Numbered from the stretch's first letter, positions 17,801 to 30,803 are shown. The stretch: DNA of 32,000 nucleotides from Opitutales bacterium (GCA_031553045.1 JAVBLZ010000006.1:580522-612521); one strand, 5' to 3'. Notes: generated by a model from the sequence alone, not told the origin. Numbers and translations: made by a program.

Positions 17801-17930
17801 GTTTTGGCAGCACGGTTTGGATGAAGAACAAGGCGCAAGGGTGTGAGGCGGTGGGAGCGTACATACGTACGTGACCAGTGCCGAAGCGCCCGCAGCAACG
17901 CAGTTATTCGCCAAACAAGTCTGCCAAAAC
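17801..17930 (+). repeat. Rod-hairpin module copy iii (core type 2, both arms intact)
   Basis: GTTTTGGCAG (17801-17810) is the exact reverse complement of CTGCCAAAAC (17921-17930). Inner arm pairs are GTTTGG/CCAAAC and GAAGAAC/GTTATTC. The apical hairpin is CGTAC-ATAC-GTACG. Confidence 0.6.
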
Positions 17931-17932
17931 GA

Positions 17933-17962
17933 AGTGCGCTACGGAATTAATCGTAGCGCACT
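17933..17962 (-). terminator. Perfect 11-bp hairpin, probable terminator of the minus-strand efflux operon
   Basis: AGTGCGCTACG / loop GAATTAAT / CGTAGCGCACT. On the minus strand it is followed by TCGTTTTGG (a weak T-run), about 130 nt downstream of the outer membrane factor stop at 18093. On the plus strand it is followed by AAATTACC. Confidence 0.45.
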
Positions 17963-18092
17963 AAATTACCAAAACACAAACTTAACTATAATATACAACC
18001 GATGTTACTCAGTTGATAGTTAGACGTAGATAGTTTCAATTTGTTCAATTTTGTCAAAATATTTATTTCTTTTTTAGGCGAATTAATATAAC

Positions 18093-19613
18093 TTATTGAT
18101 TATTAGGATTTACCGACGGAAACACTTCTGAAGGTAGAGCTAAAACTTCTTCAATAGCGCCTCTTTTGTCTGCGCTTTCAAAGTCTGGAGTGTTATACCA
18201 GCCACCGCCCAATGCGGCAACTAGGGATATTGAGGCTCTGAATCGTTCTGCTTTTAATCTGATTAATTCTCTGTCGTTTAGGAGAGATACGCGTTGGGCG
18301 TCTGTAACTTGGAAGTAGTCATCAAAGCCAGACTCGTAACGCTTACGTGTCAAATCTACAAGCTCTCTTGCGGATTCAGAAGATTTGTTTCTGTGGACGT
18401 ATTCTTCCGACAAATGTTTTATCTTTGCCAAAGAATCTTCAACTTCTCTGATTGCCTTCAAGACTTGCGCCCTGTAAAGCTCGACCTGTTGTTTGTGTTC
18501 CGCCAAGGCAATTTCTTCTTTTGCCATTAGCTGTCCGCCCTGAAAAATTGGCAGATAAATCTTCGGGCTAACACCCCAAGCAAATGAGCTTGAATTTAAA
18601 AGAGTATCTATATCGCTAGATGCCAAATCTGTACTTGCAGTCAAGGCTATTGTTGGGAAAAACGCCGCCCTAGCTGCGCCTATGCGTTGATTCGCAGCAA
18701 AAACCCTGCGCTCCGCAGCAGCAATGTCGGGCCTTCTTTGCAGAAGTTCGCTGGGCAAAGCCTTTGGCGGCAGAGGCACAATTTCTGCGATGTTGAGCTT
18801 TGTAGTTTCAAGCTCTGCAGGTGTAGCGCCAACAAGCAATGCAAGATAATCGCAAGCCAATGCGTGATTTAATTGAACCGCCTGATACTGCGCTTGTGCT
18901 TCATAAAGCAACTGTTCAGCCCTTCTTAAATCTAAAACCGTATCCAAAGAATTTTGTCTTTTTGAAACGTAATCCACCTGAGATTTACGCAGACCAACGG
19001 TCTTTTTGAGAAGCTCAAGTTCGGAATTAAATTGCCTTATGGTGTAATAAGTATTTGCAACTTCAACTTGCAAAAGCAAAAGAGTATTTTGGTATGAAGC
19101 CATTATAGCCTGAGCTTCCGCCGTGTCCGAACCCAATAGAGAGCGCACCCTGCCGAAAAAGTCTAAATCCCAAGTGAGCCCAAAACCCGTGCGCCAAGAG
19201 TCAAAGGTTGCAGGGCCTCCCCTTTCATTTTCAGACAAACCCGTACGAGCATAAGAACCGTGCGCATCTGCTTGCGGATACAATACGCCCTCAGTAACTC
19301 TGGATTTTGCCATCGCCATTTCAACAGTTTGAAACGCCGCCAAAAGGTTAGGATTTTTTTCTTCACACTGTTTGAGCAGTGATTCAAGCTCGGCATCGCC
19401 GAATATCTGCCACCAATCACCCTTTGGGGTTGAGTCGGCGGGTGTAGCGTCAGTCCAAATACCCTCTGCGTGGTAAAAGTTTTTTGAAACTTCTTTATTG
19501 ATGTCTTGGACAATCTTTGAGTCCGGCTTGACGTATTCCGGTGTTACGGAACAAGCCGCCAAGAATCCCAAAGAAATAAGACTCAAAATTATGTTAATAT
19601 TTTTTTCCATCAT
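18093..19613 (-). CDS. Efflux outer membrane factor lipoprotein (NodT/OprM family)
   Basis: Lipobox LGFLAAC at the N-terminus. It has a two-repeat TolC-like architecture and is the last gene of the adaptor-RND-OMF operon. Confidence 0.85.
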   Translation of the reverse strand: MMEKNINIILSLISLGFLAACSVTPEYVKPDSKIVQDINKEVSKNFYHAEGIWTDATPADSTPKGDWWQIFGDAELESLLKQCEEKNPNLLAAFQTVEMAMAKSRVTEGVLYPQADAHGSYARTGLSENERGGPATFDSWRTGFGLTWDLDFFGRVRSLLGSDTAEAQAIMASYQNTLLLLQVEVANTYYTIRQFNSELELLKKTVGLRKSQVDYVSKRQNSLDTVLDLRRAEQLLYEAQAQYQAVQLNHALACDYLALLVGATPAELETTKLNIAEIVPLPPKALPSELLQRRPDIAAAERRVFAANQRIGAARAAFFPTIALTASTDLASSDIDTLLNSSSFAWGVSPKIYLPIFQGGQLMAKEEIALAEHKQQVELYRAQVLKAIREVEDSLAKIKHLSEEYVHRNKSSESARELVDLTRKRYESGFDDYFQVTDAQRVSLLNDRELIRLKAERFRASISLVAALGGGWYNTPDFESADKRGAIEEVLALPSEVFPSVNPNNQ

Positions 19614-19621
19614 AATAAAAC

Positions 19622-22600
19622 TTAATCTGCCTTGTTGTTAGTTTTCCGCCCCGATAAAATTGACACAAACTTGCGTATTACAAAATAGAATACGGGTGTG
19701 AAAATCAAACCAAATAGCGTAACGCCAAGCATGCCGTAGAATACGGATGTGCCCAAAGCCTGACGCAATTCCGCACCAGCACCCGTAGCATACATAAGGG
19801 GCAATACGCCGAACATGAATGCGAATGATGTCATCAAAATTGGTCTTAGACGATTTTTTGAAGCCGTACTTACAGCCGATACCAATTCTTCACCTTTATC
19901 TTCACGCTGTTTTGCGAACTCCACAATCAAGATTGCATTTTTACAAGCCAAACCTATCAATACCACAAACCCGATTTGCGTCATGATATTGTTGTCCATA
20001 CCTCTGCCCATTATGCCCAAAATTGCAAATAGCAACACAAGCGGCACAACCAAGATGACAGCCAAAGGCATACTCCAACTTTCGTACAAAGCAGCAAGCA
20101 GCAAGAATACAAATAACACGCATATTATAAAGATCAGCATTGCGGTATTGCCTACGCGTTTTTCTTGGAATGCAAGGTCTGTCCATTCAATCCCCATGCC
20201 CTCAGGCAAGATTTCCGCCGCAAGTTTTTCGACAGCTTGTATTGATTGCCCGGTACTAAAACCAGGTTTGTTTGCACCCGTGATTTCCGCAGAAGGATAC
20301 AAATTATAACGCACCACACGGTCAGGGCCAACCCTGCGTTTAATCTCGGCAACAGAGCCAAGCGGAACATTGCCGCCTCTGGCGCTTGGAACTTTTAAAT
20401 TATATATATTGCTAATATCCGTACGCTTGTCGCTTTCTGCCTGCAATACAACTCTGTACACTCTGCCGACAACGTTAAAGTCATTCACATAAAACGGCGA
20501 TAAGTTTAGCTGCAATGTTTCATTGATTGCGCTGATTGGCACATTGAGTTTCTGCGCCCTATCTCTATCTATCTCTATATACAATTCAGGAGCGGAAACT
20601 CTGTAAGTAGAAAATGCCGAAGCCACAGAAGGCAGCGTATTCATCTGCATAGACAAAGTCTGTGTATAACGCTGTAACTTTGCCAAGTCGCTGCCGGTTT
20701 TGTCTTGTACTTGCAATTTAAAGTCGCCACCCATGCCGATACCTCTTACGCTGGGCGGGTTGATTGCAAATATTTGCGCTTCAGGAAATGCCATGTAAAG
20801 CATGCCATTGCTCTTCATGATGAGGTCATCCAGATTTATACCTCTTGCAGCTCTAGACTTGTGATCATCTAGAATCACAAACATTGCGCCCATGTTTGAT
20901 GCCCTAGCCTGCGTTGCACCGTTCATACCAACAATGGCGATTGTTTTGGAGACGCCGTCGAGCTTGTCTATCATAGCCTGAGCGCCTTTCATAACTTTGT
21001 TTGTTCTATTGAAAGCCGCACCGTCAGGAAGCTGGAAAGCTATAATATAATAACCCGCATCCTGTTTGGGAATAAAGCCTTTTGGAGTTTCATTAAAGAC
21101 GTGTCCTGTAAAGAAAATCAAACCGCCGTAAATTAACATGACGATTACCGCAATACGCGTCAAACCCGCAACAGTCTTGCCGTAGAAAGACGCCACGCAA
21201 TTAAACACCACATTGAAACCTCTGAAAAACCATCCAAACAATAAATTGTATATGTATGTAAACCAATCCTTCTTTGCGTGCTCGTCTTTTAGCAAGAGCG
21301 CACAAAGTGCAGGCGTAAGAGTCAAAGAAACCACTGCGGAAATTATAGTTGAAGTTGCAATGGTAAGCGCAAACTGCCTGTAAAATTGTCCTGATATGCC
21401 CTCTATAAAAGATGTGGGTACAAAAACCGCACTGAGCACAAGGGCAATGGCAATAAGCGCACCTTGAACCTGCGTCATAGCCTTTCTAGTCGCCTCTTTG
21501 GGAGGCAAGCCGTCCCTCATATTCCTCTCAACGTTTTCAACAACCACAATGGCGTCGTCAACAACAATGCCTATCGCCAAGACAAGCCCGAATAAAGACA
21601 AGTTGTTTAAGGAAAATCCTGAAGCATACATCACAAAGAATGTGCCAATCAAAGAAACCGGTATCGCAAAAAGTGGAATTATCGCCGCCCTCCAATTTTG
21701 TAGAAACAGCATGACGACTATAATAACCAACGCTATTGCCTCATAAATTGTGGTATAAACAGCGTCAACAGAATCTTTGATGAACGCCGTAACGTCCCAC
21801 CCTATCCTGAAATCCATGCCGGTTGGGAAAGACTTTGCCATTTCTTCCAACTCTTTTTTGACAACATTTGCAGTGCTTAAAGCGTTTGTGCCCGGCAACT
21901 GAAAGAGCGCCAAGGTTACGCACTCTTTGCCGCTTAAATAAGATTCGTCAGAATATGTGTAAGAGCCAAGCTCAATTCTGGCAACGTCTTTAAGCCTTGT
22001 AAGCCTGCCGTCGTCGGAAGCTTTAATGATGATGTCGGCAAACTCCTCCGGTTTTTCCAAACGTCCTTTGGTTGTAATCATGAGCTCATGCGCAACCTCA
22101 GCTTCAATGGGCGGAGCGTTTAGCTTGCCTGCCGCCACTTGTTTGCTTTGCTCGCGAATTGCGGCCGCAACTCTGGCTGCGTTTATTTTAAGACTGGCAA
22201 GCTTATTTGGGTCCAACCAAATACGCATACTGTATTCTCTGGAACCAAATAGCGTTACATCACTGACGCCATAAATACGGGCAAGCCTATCCTTCATGCG
22301 TGTAAGCGCATAATTTGTCAGATAAATTTTATCTCTTGAATTATCTGAAGAATAAATTTGCGCCATGAGCAAAAAGTCCGGCGAGCGTTTGTTTACAACA
22401 ACGCCTATATTTCTGACTTCTTCAGGCAAACGTGGATTCGCCCTAGACACCCTGTTTTGAACAAGTATCTGTGCAAGATTTACGTCCGTACCGAGTTCAA
22501 AAGTTACCGTAAGCGTCAAAGAGCCGTCGGCACTGCAAGAGCTCTCCATATACATCATATTTTCAACGCCGTTGATTTCTTGCTCTATGGGCGTTGCCAC

Positions 22601-22786
22601 AGTTTCAGCGATTGATTCGGGAGATGCGCCAGGGTAGGAAGCCGTAACCACTATGGTCGGCGGCACGATGTCGGGGAACTGGGTTACCGCAAGCCTATTG
22701 TAACCCAAGAACCCAATCAGCGTTATTATGATTGATATAACCCCTGCAAAAATGGGTCTATCTATGAAAAAATGTGAAAATTTCAT
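19622..22786 (-). CDS. RND multidrug efflux transporter, inner-membrane permease (AcrB/MexB family)
   Basis: 1054 aa starting MKFSHFFIDRPIFAGVISIIITLIG, with 12-TM RND topology and two large periplasmic loops. The start overlaps the adaptor stop (TAATG at 22784-22788). Confidence 0.95.
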   Translation of the reverse strand: MKFSHFFIDRPIFAGVISIIITLIGFLGYNRLAVTQFPDIVPPTIVVTASYPGASPESIAETVATPIEQEINGVENMMYMESSCSADGSLTLTVTFELGTDVNLAQILVQNRVSRANPRLPEEVRNIGVVVNKRSPDFLLMAQIYSSDNSRDKIYLTNYALTRMKDRLARIYGVSDVTLFGSREYSMRIWLDPNKLASLKINAARVAAAIREQSKQVAAGKLNAPPIEAEVAHELMITTKGRLEKPEEFADIIIKASDDGRLTRLKDVARIELGSYTYSDESYLSGKECVTLALFQLPGTNALSTANVVKKELEEMAKSFPTGMDFRIGWDVTAFIKDSVDAVYTTIYEAIALVIIVVMLFLQNWRAAIIPLFAIPVSLIGTFFVMYASGFSLNNLSLFGLVLAIGIVVDDAIVVVENVERNMRDGLPPKEATRKAMTQVQGALIAIALVLSAVFVPTSFIEGISGQFYRQFALTIATSTIISAVVSLTLTPALCALLLKDEHAKKDWFTYIYNLLFGWFFRGFNVVFNCVASFYGKTVAGLTRIAVIVMLIYGGLIFFTGHVFNETPKGFIPKQDAGYYIIAFQLPDGAAFNRTNKVMKGAQAMIDKLDGVSKTIAIVGMNGATQARASNMGAMFVILDDHKSRAARGINLDDLIMKSNGMLYMAFPEAQIFAINPPSVRGIGMGGDFKLQVQDKTGSDLAKLQRYTQTLSMQMNTLPSVASAFSTYRVSAPELYIEIDRDRAQKLNVPISAINETLQLNLSPFYVNDFNVVGRVYRVVLQAESDKRTDISNIYNLKVPSARGGNVPLGSVAEIKRRVGPDRVVRYNLYPSAEITGANKPGFSTGQSIQAVEKLAAEILPEGMGIEWTDLAFQEKRVGNTAMLIFIICVLFVFLLLAALYESWSMPLAVILVVPLVLLFAILGIMGRGMDNNIMTQIGFVVLIGLACKNAILIVEFAKQREDKGEELVSAVSTASKNRLRPILMTSFAFMFGVLPLMYATGAGAELRQALGTSVFYGMLGVTLFGLIFTPVFYFVIRKFVSILSGRKTNNKAD

Positions 22787-23928
22787 TACTCTAAAGTTAT
22801 AATTTTTGTATTAACTTTTGAATTTGGCAACGCCCTGAAAGCGCCTTTAATCAAGATTAAATCATCCGCATTAATGCCGCTTTCAATAACCCTTAAAGTA
22901 TTGTTTACCAACCTGCCAACCTTGACGGGCGTGTATTTCACGTTGCCATCCTTATCAACAACAACGACAAACCTATCCAACATATCGGTATTAATTACGG
23001 CTTCCGGCAAAAGCATATATTCTTTGGGTTCGCCAATGCGCATTTTAAGAGTGTCCGCATACATGCCAGGCAATAATAATCCGTCTTTATTGTCTATTTC
23101 AGCACGCAGCATCAAACTTGCGCTATCCTTGTCGAGACGTGGATCAACATAGGTTACCCTGCCCGAGTATTCTTTGCTGCTACCCCTCATATTAAGCTTA
23201 ACTTCAGGGCCTTTTCCTTTTTCAAAAGAAAAGAAATTTTTTGAGCCGCTTTCCATATATAACACAACGTCTCTTTCGCTGACTTCAAAATATACGTAAA
23301 TGATGTCCTTGGAAACAATAGTTGCCAACACTGGGCTTACGCCGTTTGGAATAAGATTACCCGCATCAACTTTTCTTTCGCTAACATAACCCGAGATTGG
23401 GGCGCGTATCTGGGCAAATTCCAGATTAAGTTCGGCATCAGTCAAATTTGCCTTTGCGTTGAGCAAAGCAGCCTCGCTGGTAAGAAGCTCACTTTTACGA
23501 GTTTCATGAACTTCTTTTGAAATTGCCTTTGATGCAAAAAGCTCCTCACTTCTGGCGGCATTGTCTTTAGCCAACGAAAGCCTTGCCTGCGCCTGAAGCA
23601 CTGAAGCCTTTGCAGCCTCAAGTGCGGCCATATACGGACGTGGATCTATCACAAAAAGCAAATCGCCCTTCTTTACAAAGTCGCCATCTTTAAAATGAAT
23701 GCTTTGCAAATATCCGCCGACCTTTGCCTGAACGTCAACAGAGTATTCACTGTCCAAATACGCCGCCGTAAATTCGTCCCAAAACTCGAGCTGTTTTTTA
23801 ATGGGATATGCAACTTCAACAGTGGGCGTGGGCCTTTGGGTTGGAGCAAGTGTTTTTTTATTGCAAGCCGTGAATGTGCAGAATAACAGCGCTGCTACGG
23901 CGATTCTAACTAGATTAAGTTTTGTCAT
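22786..23928 (-). CDS. RND efflux periplasmic adaptor (membrane fusion protein, AcrA family) lipoprotein
   Basis: Lipobox FTAC, a coiled-coil hairpin region (AALEAAKASVLQAQARLSLAKDNAARSEEL), and a lipoyl/beta-barrel pattern. It lies upstream of the RND permease. Confidence 0.9.
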   Translation of the reverse strand: MTKLNLVRIAVAALLFCTFTACNKKTLAPTQRPTPTVEVAYPIKKQLEFWDEFTAAYLDSEYSVDVQAKVGGYLQSIHFKDGDFVKKGDLLFVIDPRPYMAALEAAKASVLQAQARLSLAKDNAARSEELFASKAISKEVHETRKSELLTSEAALLNAKANLTDAELNLEFAQIRAPISGYVSERKVDAGNLIPNGVSPVLATIVSKDIIYVYFEVSERDVVLYMESGSKNFFSFEKGKGPEVKLNMRGSSKEYSGRVTYVDPRLDKDSASLMLRAEIDNKDGLLLPGMYADTLKMRIGEPKEYMLLPEAVINTDMLDRFVVVVDKDGNVKYTPVKVGRLVNNTLRVIESGINADDLILIKGAFRALPNSKVNTKIITLE

Positions 23929-23945
23929 TACTTTTCCTTTATTTT

Positions 23946-24614
23946 TTAAATTGTTAAAATTTTGTCTAAAAATTCTGAAAATATTTTCTTTGGTGAAAGG
24001 TTGTATTTCTTCAAATGTTTTGAGGGTGCTTTTTTTTCTATGCGCTCAAAAGAGACCAAAAAAAGTGGAATCAAACTAAACAACATTGAAGCCTTAATTT
24101 CACACTCTTGCTGAGATAATTCCGTCTTGTTTGAGATATTAAGTAAATTCACAAAAATTTTTTGAGTTGGCAAAAGAACTTCTTTTTTTATGAGAATATA
24201 TGCGCTGGTAGGATACATTTCTTCACGGCGCAAAATCAGCATCATCTTTGCGGAATCCGGATTATCCATAGCTTTTTCAAAATGCAGTAAGAGAATCTCC
24301 TTAATCAATTCAACAGCCTTTGAAGGCAGGGGCGATTTTGATTTCAGAAAAGTTTCAGCCCTACTCATATAGATTTCTTGAGTTTTCTTAAAACTTTCTA
24401 TGGTAAGATTGATAATCTCGGAATATATCGCCTCTTTACCGCCGAAGTGATAGCACAAAGACGCATGGTTCACCTTTGCATTTTTTGCTATCGTACGGCT
24501 TCTTGCGCCTGAAATTGAGTGCATGGCAAACTCATCCAGTGCGGCACGCAATATGCGCATCTTAGTTTCAAGCGCTGTGCCCCCAATATTTTGCTCTGGA
24601 TATAAGTTAACCAT
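23946..24614 (-). CDS. TetR/AcrR family transcriptional regulator
   Basis: N-terminal HTH region (RILRAALDEFAMHSISGARSRTIAKNAKVNHASLCYHFGGKEAIY). It is the first gene of the efflux operon. Confidence 0.85.
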   Translation of the reverse strand: MVNLYPEQNIGGTALETKMRILRAALDEFAMHSISGARSRTIAKNAKVNHASLCYHFGGKEAIYSEIINLTIESFKKTQEIYMSRAETFLKSKSPLPSKAVELIKEILLLHFEKAMDNPDSAKMMLILRREEMYPTSAYILIKKEVLLPTQKIFVNLLNISNKTELSQQECEIKASMLFSLIPLFLVSFERIEKKAPSKHLKKYNLSPKKIFSEFLDKILTI

Positions 24615-24635
24615 AAATTTAAACCAAATGGTTAA
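24607..24635. promoter_or_regulatory. Inverted repeat TTAACCAT-N13-ATGGTTAA spanning the tetR start codon; candidate operator
   Basis: TTAACCAT (24607-24614) and ATGGTTAA (24628-24635) are exact reverse complements. An inner AACCA-AA-TGGTT palindrome lies at 24623-24634, and a TTGACA hexamer on the minus strand at 24655-24650. No good -10 box was found. Confidence 0.3.
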
Positions 24636-24739
24636 AATTTTTGTTTAATTGTCAAGTTTTTTTAAATTTTCACTGACTGAAATTGGCAAAGCCCTTCCTC
24701 AAAAATACTTCTTTGAAGAAGTTACCTCGAAAGCTGTAC

Positions 24740-24774
24740 AAAAAAAACTTGGGCGTTTGATTAAAACGCCCAAG
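24740..24774 (-). terminator. Rho-independent terminator after the beta-galactosidase gene
   Basis: On the plus strand: A8 (24740-24747), CTTGGGCGTTT (24748-24758), loop GATTA, AAACGCCCAAG (24764-24774). On the minus strand this reads as an 11-bp GC-rich hairpin followed by T8, about 55 nt after the stop at 24829. Confidence 0.85.
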
Positions 24775-24828
24775 ACCACACATCCACAAATAATTACGCA
24801 AGATAGGCAATGCCCCTTAACTTATATC

Positions 24829-28726
<3,898 letters not shown>

Positions 28727-28752
28727 TGCTTTGCTAAAAGCAAAAAAAACAC

Positions 28753-29388
28753 CTATGGCGCAAGCCTGTCTATCTTCCAACCAGATTGGGCTTTGACGTA
28801 TTCAAACCTGTCATGCAGACGATTTTTGCGCCCCTGCCAAAATTCAAAAGTATTTGGCTTCACCCTGTATCCGCCCCAGAAACTCGGCAACGGCACTTCA
28901 CCGTTTGCAAATTTACGCTTCATTTCATCAAACTTAATTTCCAACAAAGAACGAGACGTTATGATTTTGCTTTGCTCTGAAACCCAAGCGCCAAGCCGAC
29001 TCCCAAATGGTCTGGATAAAAAGTACCTTAAAGATTCCGCCGTTGAAACCTTCTCTATTTCTCCACAGATTTTCAACTGGCGCTCCAAATCTGGCCAGAA
29101 AAATAGCGCACAAACCTTGGGGTTTTGCGCCAAATCTTGCGCCTTTTTGCTTTCATAATTTGTATAAAAAACAAAGCCCTTTTCATCCCAAGATTTTAGC
29201 AAGACAACCCTGCAACTCGGTGCGCCAAAAGCGTCAACCGTAGATATACTCATGGCGTTTGGCTCAATCACCTTTGATTCGCAAGCCTGATTGAACCATT
29301 TTTCAAACTGTTTAAAAGGGTTTGAATCCAAATCTTTTAAATCCAAATCTCCCTTTGTAAATTCTTGCCTGATTTCAAAAATGTCCAT
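28753..29388 (-). CDS. pdxH: Pyridoxamine 5'-phosphate oxidase
   Basis: 211 aa with typical PdxH features (PNAMSISTVD..PSCRVVLLK, FYTNYESKK, WGGYRV.P..FEFWQGR..RLHDR) and a C-terminal DRLAP. The ATG overlaps the upstream gene's stop (TAATG at 29386-29390). Confidence 0.9.
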   Translation of the reverse strand: MDIFEIRQEFTKGDLDLKDLDSNPFKQFEKWFNQACESKVIEPNAMSISTVDAFGAPSCRVVLLKSWDEKGFVFYTNYESKKAQDLAQNPKVCALFFWPDLERQLKICGEIEKVSTAESLRYFLSRPFGSRLGAWVSEQSKIITSRSLLEIKFDEMKRKFANGEVPLPSFWGGYRVKPNTFEFWQGRKNRLHDRFEYVKAQSGWKIDRLAP

Positions 29389-30785
29389 TACCTGCCTATC
29401 AGCTCCCTAATGTTTTTAGACGCCAACTCTGTCTTTGAATATTGCTGAAAAGAAATTATTGCCTGAGCCGCCAACCCGCCCTTTTTAAGCACTTGCCCGG
29501 ACACAATGTCATCTTCCTCAGTACAACGCAAAGTGCGGAAAAACTGCGCCAATGTAATTGAATCCGGAGAAATTGAAGGCTTGAAAGACGCCTCATCGCC
29601 GTCCAAGTTGGGCTCAACTGCGGCAATCAAATTTTTAGATTCCATCTGCAAAAGACACAGCTTTATTATATTCATAGGCAAGCGTATGTCTTTTGTGAGA
29701 GACTTAAGCGTGGGCGCTTTTGTGCCGTCGTAAAAGGCTTCCGAGACTTTTGCAAAGATGGTAAGGCTCATCATTTCTCTGGAAAAAAAGCTCATCTTAT
29801 CCCACACTTGCTTGCGTGAAAGATACTCAATATTCTGTATCGCAAAAGTTATTTGCGACCCCAACAAAATTATCAGCCAGAATACATATAAGCTAAACAG
29901 AGCTATTGGAACTATAGCAAAATATCCGTAAAAATTCTGCTGCTTGACAATGTAGCTTATGTAGAAAAACGAAAGCTTGTTGTTGCCTATCAAAAGCAAG
30001 GTAATTATCATTGCACCTATTAACGCCGCCTTCCAGCTCACAAAAGTATGCGGCATAAATTTATAGTAGCACGCCAAAACAACGCTCATTGCGCAAAACC
30101 CTACAAGATATGTGCTGTAACCCGCATAATCCTTCACGATTGGAATACCCTCAAGCGCACTTGCTATCTGAGAACCCGCCAAAAATGTCATGCCCAAAAG
30201 CCCGCCAACAACACCCAATGAAAGCATCGCCCAATAGAAGAATATCCTGTCCCTCCAAGTGCGGCCTTTTTCTACACCCCAGATAGAATTGAATACGTTT
30301 TCCATATTAACGCAGAGCAATAGACACGTAATCACCATTGTTATTGTGCCATAAACCCCCAAAGAGCCGCTACCTTTAGTGATATTGTTCACCAAAGCCA
30401 AAATTTCAGGATTAACTTCAGGCTTGCTTGCATCCTGATTTAATTGCGAAAGTTCCGTCATGGCGGGCATCACAAAAGAAGCAACTTCCAGAATTTTTTC
30501 AGTCAAAAAAGCGTCGCCTTTATTTTTAAAGAATGCGCCCGCAATGAGTATGACCAGAGCAATCATAGGGCCTATTGCAAGCAGCGTCGTATAAGATAAA
30601 GACGCCGCCTGAACAGGTATGCGGTTTTTCAATATGCCGCCAAAAGACGTGGTTAACACCCTCGCCAAAGAAATTAACACTTTTTTCTTTCTGGAAACTT
30701 CTTCATCAAAATTTTCCCAGATTCCATGGGAGAAAAATTTACCTATCTTTTTAACTGCTGAAGTTTTTTTTACTTCTTTCGACAT
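29388..30785 (-). CDS. YihY/BrkB family inner membrane protein with a ~140-aa soluble C-terminal extension
   Basis: YihY-type core (AASLSYTTLLAIGPMIAL, six predicted TM segments, LLGSQITFAIQN), followed by a non-membrane tail (nt 29391-29822). Confidence 0.75.
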   Translation of the reverse strand: MSKEVKKTSAVKKIGKFFSHGIWENFDEEVSRKKKVLISLARVLTTSFGGILKNRIPVQAASLSYTTLLAIGPMIALVILIAGAFFKNKGDAFLTEKILEVASFVMPAMTELSQLNQDASKPEVNPEILALVNNITKGSGSLGVYGTITMVITCLLLCVNMENVFNSIWGVEKGRTWRDRIFFYWAMLSLGVVGGLLGMTFLAGSQIASALEGIPIVKDYAGYSTYLVGFCAMSVVLACYYKFMPHTFVSWKAALIGAMIITLLLIGNNKLSFFYISYIVKQQNFYGYFAIVPIALFSLYVFWLIILLGSQITFAIQNIEYLSRKQVWDKMSFFSREMMSLTIFAKVSEAFYDGTKAPTLKSLTKDIRLPMNIIKLCLLQMESKNLIAAVEPNLDGDEASFKPSISPDSITLAQFFRTLRCTEEDDIVSGQVLKKGGLAAQAIISFQQYSKTELASKNIRELIGR

Positions 30786-30803
30786 AATATAAGCTCCTGA
30801 TTG

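Noticed and set aside
17401-17930. The imperfect palindromes could be integron attC-like recombination sites.
   Set aside because: The module ends (TTTAAC|GTTTTGG ... CCAAAAC) do not match the RYYYAAC / GTTRRRY core sites, there is no cassette ORF between copies, and no integrase gene is in the window.
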